DNA of 62,343 bases, filler included, from Choristocarpus tenellus KU-1152 (Eukaryota > Protista > Phaeophyceae): the NCBI GenBank assembly GCA_964200185.2. It is 13 parts of 13 records of this genome, joined end to end, with 100 filler letters (N's around TTAATTAATTAA, not from the genome) between each part and the next. Parts side by side here need not be neighbours in the genome. Positions count along the whole stretch, not along the records: positions 49,911 to 52,818 come from CAXNAD020023729.1; positions 52,919 to 62,343 come from CAXNAD020003683.1; 11 more parts are not named here. One strand, written 5' to 3'. This document shows, in pieces, positions 52,725 to 62,343 of this stretch (the first letter of the stretch is position 1; every line of letters starts with the position of its first letter). The notes below the pieces were generated by a model. That model had not been told where the DNA came from and searched no databases. It saw nothing but the letters and a program-made list of their open reading frames with translations. A program made the translations under genes and the position numbers.

Positions 52725-53779
52725 GGGTCAAAGTATCTTGGGGGGGGGGGGGGGGGGTTTGGGAGGGGGGGTCCGTTTGGGTCAAACAAATTTTTTTTTT
52801 TTTGATTGGAAGAGCACANNNNNNNNNNNNNNNNNNNNNNNNNNNNNNNNNNNNNNNNNNNNTTAATTAATTAANNNNNNNNNNNNNNNNNNNNNNNNNN
52901 NNNNNNNNNNNNNNNNNNTGCCATGCCTTCTATAGATAATGTAAATTCACTTTTCTTCTTTTGGGTCAAATGTCCACCGTGGTATACAGCCCCCCCCCCC
53001 CACCAAATACTTTGGCTCATCTCCAACCAAGGGGTACTCCTTTGAATAGCAGTAGATATCTTCCAACACTATGTCTATACACATCTTGGCTATTTGCCCA
53101 GTCGGATTCGCCATACCTGATATGTCTTTTCGTGTCCATCTTTCTGACGCAGTGCCCAGGGATAACTTGAATCTCCTTGAACCACTGCTGTTGTTCCTTT
53201 CTCGTTGATCTTGTTCTTCAGCCCCAATTTGCACCTCCACCTTTTAAGACGCTCAGTCACATTTCGATTACACAATGACCTCAGGTGGCCTTTCTTGTCG
53301 CCTCTGAACTTTCTCCAGCAAATGTATAGCCAGTATCGCTGCGCGTCATATAATCTGCACTTAGTTCACTTCACACTATTGAGTCGGTGTTAGCCGCCTT
53401 TTTCAATCACTGCTGATTATGGTTTTTTGTCTCGCAGTCAAGTATGCCTTTCCTCTCCGTGTTCCCCAGTCTCCATCTCAGCACCTAGACCAGGAGCCTT
53501 CGTCAATCACCACATACCCTCTCCCATTCCCACAGTGAAATCCTCAGTTGTCCACGTTGCGCTGTTGCTCCTCTTGGCAGTTTTGTGCTGCTTGTCCAGA
53601 ATTGTGGTGCTTATGGTGAGGAGGAGAACCAAGTCTCCCCTGTGTTTCTACACACCAATGTTTCCTACATCATTGAATCGGCTCCACTTCTATCAAATCC
53701 TTATCAGAACTTCCACTCAAGTCCTCAAGGTTGAAGTACACAATTTCATCATCAGTCATGGAGACGGTGTCTTGCTCCG

Positions 53780-54050
53780 ACACAAAGACTGTAGTCCGTT
53801 TGTCTGGCTCAAACGCCACTTGTCCTGAAGTCACCACCTTGACCTTTTAAGGAATAAGCCATATATGCCAGCACAGGGATGCCCAATCACGACCCATCAG
53901 AATTCCACTCCTGGGATATGAGTGGAACTTGGATGTTGCCCTCCTCTGTTGCTTGGTCTGATGAGCAAAGCATTCACTTCCCCAAACTCGAGGTCTGTCA
54001 TAGTTGAGCACATTCTCATTTAAGCGCTCACACAATGTTTCCCTGACTTC
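53780..54050 (-). mobile_element. Ty1/copia post-integrase fragment (separate element)
   Basis: RVWGSECFAH...SKF....RSGILMG...VVTSGQVAFE. Confidence 0.65.
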
Positions 54051-54295
54051 ACAATTTCCCCAGCGCCATCCCTGTGATGCACTTCATCACATGCCTTTCC
54101 AAACCATCTCGCTAACGTAGGCAGCTGTTGCTTCTTCTAGGTCTCGCGTCGTCAGACCAAAAACTCGTTTGTCCTTGATGCTTTAGTCAATGAACACCTT
54201 AAGTACTTCATCCTGTTGATGTCTGCATGAAAATGACCCGCCAGGACAGTGCGTATAACTTCACCGGCCTGCTTTTGGCTCTGCCTTCCCCCGTT

Positions 54296-54581
54296 TGATA
54301 GTAGAATGTGCTCTATTAAGTTACAGCGAAGAGTGAGTCCTATGCATAAGGGGGGGTAGTTCCTCATCTCCATAATCACGCTTTCACACAATTTGGTAGA
54401 TCACCAACTAATGCATTTTCCTAGAATGTTACTTCAACATCACTATATTCCAATGTTCCGATCCATCACTAATCTATCGTACTACACACATTATCCTGCT
54501 ACGTATATAACTGGTACTTCATGTGTACTAATAGCTACATTTATTGTGTACAGTACTTCAATGCATCTCCTTATGCTAACA
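54296..54581 (-). repeat. copia 3' LTR (recognisable part)
   Basis: Direct repeat of 60307-60589; begins TGTT on the minus strand right after the PPT. Confidence 0.85.
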
Positions 54582-56664
54582 TACCCTCCTAATGTGCACT
54601 CATAATGTTCCATCACAACGCAACACTGATCCTAGTTCAAATCCTCATGCTCATCGTCCTCAAAAATCAAATAATCAAAGATTCATTACAGTCCTCACAT
54701 GATACATAAAATTATCGCGATTGAGAGGCTTGGTGAGAAAATTCGCATGTAACCCCAACCATGCACAACTTCTATAATCTTGTCCCTAACCAACTGCCTA
54801 ATGAACTGGTGGCATACATCTATACGCTGTCCTTAACCCATTGATTGAGTTTCCTGAAAGCTTCACTGCCACCTCATTATCCTCGTACATCAAGGTGCAA
54901 CTGGTGATCCTCTCCAGGTTTACAAACCCCAATGCCAGTCTCAAGAAGAGCACTTCCTTAGCCGTCGCGCTTTAAGCCACATAATCAGCTTCTGTCGTAG
55001 ACAGAGCCACCACCTTTCTGCACCCTAGAAAAACACGATAGTGCTATACTTCCAATGGTAAGTAATCCCCCAGATGCTGGTCCAGATCAGATGCATAGTC
55101 CACATCAGCAAATGCCTCCCGTCGTTTTTCCTACTCTCCGTCGTATGTGATGGCAGTCCCCCTTGTGTGACTCACATACCCCAAAACCTGTTCACAACTT
55201 CCCAATGTCTCTGCCCTGGGCTACTGCTGAATCTGGTCATAGTCATTACTGTGTTAGCAATATCAGGTCTGACCATGGTCACTAACCAGATTAATGATCC
55301 CACTGCTTCCCCGTATGGAGTAGATGGGTCCAGTTTCACCCACGAATCCTTCCCAGACAGATTTCTGGTTGTAGATCCAGGCATATTGTACTCTTAGGTG
55401 ATCTCGAAGTGTTCCACCAGCACTTCCACCTATACTTGCTGATTGATCTTCAACGTCCTAATCTTTCAATCCCGTGTATTATGGCATCACATACACAGTT
55501 TTACATCCCCCTGATCCTTCACAGGGAATTCCTAGTTCGAAGCTTCCACCACCGCCCCAACCTTCTCCTGTGAGTGACTAGCCATCAACAGATCATTCAC
55601 ATGTGTGGCTATCAGCACTTCCATCACCCTGTTTTCCACCAGATGAAGCAAACAGGGGTCAGTCTCGCATTGCTCGAAACCTAGCCCATCGAGAGCCCCA
55701 ACTAATTTCAGATGCCAGTTGCACGATGCCTGTATCAAGCCATACAAAGATCTCTTGATCTTTTCTACCATTCCTGGAGCTGCTGCTACATCCTCTGGCA
55801 GTTCGATGTAATGTCCTCCTTGACATCCGTTTGCACAAAAGCTTGTCCTACATCAGCATGTCCTAGATCCAGGTCTTCAAATACAGCGATTGCCATCACC
55901 AACCGTAAGGTGCTTGTCAAGGGAGTAGGAGCAAATTTCTCGGTGTAGTCCAGTCCAGTGATCTGCCTGTTTCCAATCACTACTAGGTGGGCTTTGTACC
56001 CAGTCACTTCTCCCTCCGTGTTTACCTTTCTCTGAAACACTCATTTGCTTTGCAACACACGGCGACCCAATGACCTTTTTACATCATCCCAAACCCCAGT
56101 GTCCACCAGTTTTGCCAGCTCAGTCTTCATAGTGTCATGCCAAAATGGTGCCTCTGGAGACTACAAAGCTTCCCTTCAGAATCGGAGATCAGGCTGCAAA
56201 GAGTTTGCCATTCCATCAGGATACGCCATGGGCATTCTAGCAGCATCATATACCACTTCTTGAACAATTACAGCTTTTGCTAAATGAGCCACTAGTGCTT
56301 ACCCTGAAGTATCTTGGTTCCCTCTCCTGATGACCCCTCAGCTGAGCCCTTCTCAAACATGGAGATTCAGATGGGTTAGAGATTTAGGTAGGGAAAAAAT
56401 CAGCGAGTTCGCACAGCAATCGACTTTGCAGGATATCACGTGACCCCTTCCCCTGCTGCGCAGACATGCGGGATCCTCCCTGCGCGCAGCCGGCTCACTA
56501 TCAGTCCCCAACTCCTCAAACGACATCCTAAGTATATCCAACAACAGGTCAGGGTCCTCAGTTAAAATCTTCCCATCATCCTGAGACAGTAAAGGGGGAA
56601 GTGTGTGCCATGTTACAGACTATCTGATCAGCAGCTTGTTGGACCTGCGGAGGGGAATCATGTG

Positions 56665-57428
56665 AGGCTCATAACCTGCTGAAACCTAAATCGAATGCAT
56701 TGTATATGTAAGCGAAATGCGTAGACTACGAGTGAAGAGGAATCATGGTGTTGCAAAGCACCGATGAGTAGAATACGTAGTCTGTGGTATGAGTAGAAGT
56801 GGTTGTGATGCAATGCACTGATGTATTTGTTCTGTTGCAACTGAAGTAATTGATCTCTTAGTCAAGAATGATGTGATGTGAATTCCGTGTTATTTCATGA
56901 GATACTCAACAAAAGAAGTCCATGCTCTGTGGAGAGGCTTGTTACCTTGACTGGCAAGGGTTTCCGTAGATGGTTTTAACTCTGCATGTATTACATCCGA
57001 GTGTGCGTCAGGGGCACTGTTGCAGATTGAGCTTGAGGCGCTCAGAGGGGGCAATGGCAACCTATGAAAAAATAATAACCAACAATTAACTTGCATCTGG
57101 GGTCTTACATATATAAAAAAAAGAACAGAGATGACAAACAACAACAAAGAGAAAAGAGAACAAAAGGTAACAGTGGAATGCAGTTGGAACAAGTTCCGAA
57201 GTAACTTGAATGACGCGTGCTATGATGTTCCTGTGTGTGATGTGTATCAACTGAATATCAATTGATGCTATACGTCTATCTAATGTCATCGATGTGATGA
57301 TGAGTTGGGATGCGCAATAAATAAATGAACAATAACAACCAGTGCAGTGCACCAATCAACAGTCAGTACAAGCTGGTAGTTTTTGTATCATATCAACAAG
57401 AAACAAAAGAGTAGCCTATGTTTTAACA
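56665..57428 (-). mobile_element. Inserted LTR plus PBS of a second copia-type element
   Basis: Non-coding block splitting the host pol. On the minus strand: TGTTAAAA...TTCAGCA followed immediately by GGTTATGAGCC. Confidence 0.55.
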
Positions 57429-59388
57429 GAAAATTCACCAGAAACCCCTTGGTAATGCGCAATAAACCCCATCAGCAAGCAATTGGATCTTGGATCCTCA
57501 CACATCTAGTTTGTGCTGTCGCTTGGCCACCTGCATGTATCCTATGGTCCCAAAGCTTAGCAGCAAGCCTTCCATGGTTTACCATGCCCAAGCTCGTATG
57601 GAGAAATCCAATCCTCATTGGCCCAAGTGACATACATATTTGCTCAGATCACAAGCTCGATTCTGAGCTTCCGTCCACAAATTGAGCCTTGAAGTCCTAC
57701 ACAAATCATCATTGCCATTGCTTTCTCAGCAATCAGGCCCAACAATCGTTCTGCTACACCACTGTACTCCGGGGTAAAGCACCAGTAAACTCCCAACGTA
57801 TGCCGTACTTCCTCATTCCTGCTTGGAAAGCTGCACTCACAAATTCTCCTTCATCAGCACTCCGAATAAGCTCAATCTGCATTCCTCTCGGTGCAGCCAC
57901 GTCCGAGATGAAATCTGCCAGTGCATCTACAGCACCATCATGTTTGGCCAGGAATCGCATTCATATTATCTTGGCACAGTCGTCGATGAAGATAATGGAA
58001 TAATAGCAGACCCCAATGCTACGAACTGGCTTAGGTCCACTCAAATCAGTGAATACCCTCTCAAGTTTCCTGGTCACCCGAGATTCCATGCTTTGTGACA
58101 CTGGAGCACGGTGAGCTTTGGCCCGTGAACATCCAACACACAGTTCCCAAGTTCCTATGCGACCAATTCCATATGCTGCTGCAATCTTATATGTTTTCTG
58201 TTCATGAGAATGGCCAAGGTGTCGATAAAACTCGTTGACATCAACCCGAACCTTTGATATGACCACTAATTCAGTTGAGGTTTCTTGAGGTAGAACCCGA
58301 TACATGTAGCCCGTATAGAAGCCATTCACCAGTGGTATCACGAGATCATCTAGGCCATTGTTTCGCTCAATCGTCAACACATCAGACTCCACGATACTGT
58401 ACATCGCCCTGACGTCTCACAGATGGTTCCAACTGAACATAGGTTGTACGCTATTGTGGGCACCACAGCAACCTTCTTCATGGTCACACTGTACCCAACT
58501 TCCTCTTCTGCCGATGTCAGCACCATCCCCATCCAGGCCCATATCCAGCAATATTGTGTTCCCTTCCATCTCCGACAATGACCTGTCTCCTTCGCTATTT
58601 TTCTTCCAACCTCACATACCAGGAAAAGAATTGGTCATGTGACTGCTTGCTTCAGTGTCGAAAATCCATTCTTCAGCATCCGTTGGTCTCCCCGTATCAC
58701 AGGTTGTCTTGTCGGTCACTACAAATGCTCCTCCCCTATGTTGGTGCCTCATGCCAACATTTGTACCACACTTGAGTGCTCTCACTTCCATTGGCACCAC
58801 ATTGTCCCCAACACTTCCAGCACCTCCACCAGCAGTGTGACCATGTTCTCCTGAGTCCCTTCGCCTCCCAATGTTGCCATGACTGTAAACCCTTCGTTTT
58901 TCATGGCAGGTCGCTGCCAGATGCCCCGACTTCGCCACCGGCATCACATTCCTTGTGCTTGGTGGGGCGTTTATTGCTGTGTTGTCTCTTCTTGCCACAG
59001 GCATAGAATTTTATCTGCTCCGACAGCGGTGCCACATTCTGCCTGGTGACTGTCAAAGCTGCTGTTGTTCTCCCCTGATGAACAGCTATCTCGGTCTTCA
59101 ACTGGCGAAACCAGTTTGCAAGCCTCTGTTCCAACTCCGTCCTTGTGAGAGTAGTCGCTCTCACGAGCAACGTTCGACATTCCTGCTCATACTCCTCTGG
59201 CAATCCTCCCAGAGTAGTGACATTCAGTTCCTCATCAGAAATTCTCTGGCCCGTTGCAGTTAATCGTTTGGAAAGTCGGCTCGCCTTCAGCACAAAATGT
59301 TGGAGCTCCTCTCCTGGTCCAAGTCGACTCGATTGGAACTCATCCCCAACCCTGAGTCTTTCATCCAAGGTACATGGTTCAAAGTAAT

Positions 59389-59645
59389 GACCTAACGTAT
59401 TTAAGAGGGTAGGAGTTTTGCCCTGTTTGTCCGTTTGGGACATGGCTTCCCACTGGTATTTTCATGTCCTTAGGCTTTCTGTGTGAACACAGTTACCTAA
59501 AATATATACGACTATGAAGTATGTGTCCGGAACAAGGATGTTGACACTTCCTAACAAACACGATAGCCAAAATTACATCAAAATTGCAACATTGTATTTT
59601 GGACCCCAAACGGACACGACCCTACCCTCTTAAATGCTTGGACTC
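59389..59645. mobile_element. MITE family B in copia gag, 3-bp TSD AAT
   Basis: AAT|GACCTAACGTATTTAAGAGGG...CCCTCTTAAATGCTTGGACTC|AAT; removing it restores gag DALHDYFEP. Confidence 0.85.
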
Positions 59646-60306
59646 AATCGTGCAAGGCGTCCATTGTGCTTCTTGCATCCAATCAGAAGAGTCATCCGCC
59701 CCCTGTTAAAGGTGTCCCAATCATCCGCGCTCCCTCAATCTTCTCCTTCCTGCATATCATCCAGCTCCCCGATGATTGTACGAGATGTCCTACTCGCCAC
59801 TACAAAAGTGTGAAAACGAGTTTTCCATGCTATCCATTCATCGGTCTCTACGTTCCACACAGGTACCTCCAATCTGTATGTTGAATCCCTGCTCCTCTGC
59901 AGGGGTTGTAGTTGTACCTACTGCTCCTGTTGTACTGACCATTCTATCGCAGCCTGCCCTCCTTGCTGGGCCAACACAGCTTTCACAGCCTTAACTACAG
60001 CCAAGGCCACACGTTCCCCTAGTTGCGCCTCAACCCTCTCTGCTACTCTCAATCCAACGACTGCCTCGATTTCCGCCGCCATTTTTCAGTCACCCCCCGA
60101 AGCCATGACACCCCTGACTCTTCTTTCTGCTGCTTCGGTCAAGAACGGACGCCAGCACCCCCCCCCCAGATACTTTGACCCTTCCTCAAATCAAGCAGTT
60201 TACGCAGTAGCTTCTTCCTGGTTTGTAGGGCACTTTACGGAAGATGGCTTGCTTTAAAACATGTTCGAACGCTATGAAAGAGTGTGTTGCTTTGCCAAGA
60301 AGATGC

Positions 60307-60589
60307 TGATGCAGAATGTGCTTTATTAAGTTGCAGCAAAGAGTAAGTCCTATCCATAAGGGGGTAGTTCCTCATCTCCATAATCACGCTTTCATGCAAT
60401 TCGGTAGATCACCAACTAATGCATTTTCCTAGAATGTTACATAAAAGCATCACTATATTCTAATGTCCCGATCGTCACTATCTACCGTACTACACATAGT
60501 ATCTTGCTACGTACATAACTCCTACTTCATGTATACGAATAGCAACATTTGGTGTGTGCAGTACTTCAAAACATCTCCTTATGTGAACA
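60307..60589 (-). repeat. copia 5' LTR (recognisable part)
   Basis: Shares GGGGGTAGTTCCTCATCTCCATAATCACGCTTTCA...GCATTTTCCTAGAATGTTAC with the 3' LTR; clearly diverged elsewhere. Confidence 0.85.
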
Positions 60590-62254
60590 TACTGTACAGC
60601 TTTATTTCGCTTAGGGATGGTTTCCAACTGTGCACCACCTGTAATGGCCCATGTTTCGCCCTTCACAGTGCTATGCATAATTGATACCTCATCCTTCCCA
60701 TCTTGCCCTGAATGCAGGTAGTTGCACATGGACCCTGTCCTTGGCGTGTCCTCTGCAGACTCCACCCGATTCCAACTATGCCGGTTGCCCTTGGTGTGAT
60801 GTTGTACTGGTCCTTTCTCCTGCGTGGCCTATGACTGCCAGTCCTCAGGATGACCAGGTCTCTATTGACTAAACCGTTGCACCTGTCCATACGGGCAACT
60901 TCTTCAGATTTTTCTCCATACTTGTAAGGCTCACAACCTTTGTAGGTTTACCACTCCATACAATGCCATTCTGAAAATAGTGAAGACTTGACCAGCAATA
61001 AAGTCACAAGAAGGGAGAAGGGCTTCACATGGCCTCCTTCACTAGAGTGTGAAATTCACATGGTTGTTGGACAGAAGAGTGACCCTGTGGGCACAATCTC
61101 ACTCATGTCCTTATTATTATTGTCTACCAAATGGCTCCTTTACCATCATGTACAAGGAACACAACCATGTATTGGTGACTACAGATCAACTCCCTTGCCA
61201 ATATGTTGGTCATACAGAAAAAAAATCACCACCACTATCAAAGTCGAATTGTCTTGACTAAAATAGGAGTCAATAATCAGTCTGTGTGTACAGTGTATCT
61301 CACTAGTAACATCTCATGGACAATGGCCCACTAAATAGTCACAATTGCATTGAATTGACCTGTCTTTGTTGGACAATAACTAGCTCCTGTCGTACCTGTT
61401 AATCTCAGAGTAGGCAATAGGTATGAAAGCAACCGACTGCACTTGTCTTTGCCCTAGAATATCCAAGCAAAGTACACATGAGTTTGATTCAAAAATAGTG
61501 TACTGAACAGCCTTCCTCTTCTAGTTTCCTCTATTTTAATGGAATGATGGTGATTCTTGAGTACTGTCACTATCTAACAAGGTCATGCTAACCAGAACAA
61601 ATACTTCAAGAACATAAGGTAGGAAATCTGGAACCCAATAATACCTGCACTATAGTACATACAGAAAATTTTTGTTCAAGGGCTGGCGGGAGTTGAACCC
61701 AAGCTTCCCTAATCTTGATACATCATTTAGAGAGGGAACTTCCAATGTTGAGTCTCCCACTACCTGCTTCCTCTAAGACTACCATGCTGGAAAAATGAAG
61801 GCCTGAAGCAGTGGCACCACCTCCAGATTGCGGCCGTCAGCAAAGACCTCCAATGCTGTGGCAGCATCAGGCACCTTGCACCAAAGGTAACAAAAATGAA
61901 CAGTCAAGAAGGGGAGTTGGGGGTGTATACTCCTCATTTCAATCATTCTTCTACAAAGTGAAATAGAAGTGTGGGTTATTGTTCACCTCAGATTGAACAG
62001 AGCGCCCCATGTGCACAGGTTAACTCTCTACAGCACAGGTAGCTGTAGAATGTGTCTACATTCCAAACAAAAGTATACTGTTTCCAGTTGTGTCTTCCAC
62101 ATTTCTATGACCAGAGGGATCTTTCACTGATTGGGAAGGGCATGCACATCGTGATACCACTGCACCACACACAGTGGCTTATATGATAGGAGCTGTATCC
62201 TGTATAAAAATGAGATCATCTTTGAACATATCCCTCTTCAATGGATCCAAGAAA

Positions 62255-62343
62255 AAGTGAAAGAATCTTAGAGGGCACAAGTTTTGCCATGTTTGTCCAT
62301 TTGGGGCTTGGCTTCCCGTGGAGTTTTTAATGACATTTTCCTA
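62255..62343. mobile_element. MITE family B, partial at window end
   Basis: GTGAAAGAATCTTAGAGGG...GGCTTGGCTTCCC; other partial copies at 3411-3462 and 49911-49987. Confidence 0.8.

Larger units (their letters stand above)
54296..60589 (-). mobile_element. Full-length decayed Ty1/copia retrotransposon
   Basis: gag from ~60082; TLGGLPEEYE; protease WIFDTEASSHMT; HLGH/C..C GAG-pre-integrase; integrase FTDLSGP, FIDD, IRSADEGEF; RT YKAHLV, RSLYGLIQA, HVNDLL; RNase H region ~54700-55100. Many stops and frameshifts. PPT TTAGGAGGGTA at 54582-54592. Confidence 0.92.

Noticed and set aside
52804-52818. GATTGGAAGAGCACA at a contig end (also AATCGGAAAAGCG at ~13750-13762)
   Set aside because: Close match to the Illumina adapters AGATCGGAAGAGCACAC/AGATCGGAAGAGCG; sequencing artefact.
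59389-59443. ORF-track N-terminus MSQTDKQGK of the 180-aa gag ORF
   Set aside because: Derived from the inserted MITE B, not from gag.
61681-61710. tRNA T-arm/B-box-like GGGTTCAACTCCCGCCAGCCC on the minus strand (similar motif at ~13588-13600)
   Set aside because: No complete cloverleaf; at most decayed SINE heads.

Overview
The window is not one locus. It is 13 unrelated short contigs joined by 100-nt artificial spacers (N44-TTAATTAATTAA-N44), and many contigs end inside repeats. The DNA is repeat-rich eukaryotic nuclear sequence with spliceosomal introns and TTAGGG tracts. The gene and transposon types suggest a stramenopile, probably a brown alga or close relative (inference). Host genes seen: the 5' end of a secreted catalase-peroxidase; the 3' three exons of a Cys-rich multi-TM membrane protein (one GC-AG intron); four identically sized 84-nt phase-1 exons that each encode one GGA[ILV]..FxxN (POMP-like) repeat; and exons of a probable TKL protein kinase. 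A predicted intron of that kinase carries a ~300-bp Rickettsiaceae-like tolQ-tolR operon fragment. The rest is decayed mobile DNA: CRE-like non-LTR, Ty3/gypsy, Ty1/copia with both LTRs, DD39D-like Tc1/mariner, three MITE families sharing a G-R-N-Y-C-AAA terminus with 3- or 4-bp TSDs, and foldback elements. No rRNA, tRNA or CRISPR array is supported.
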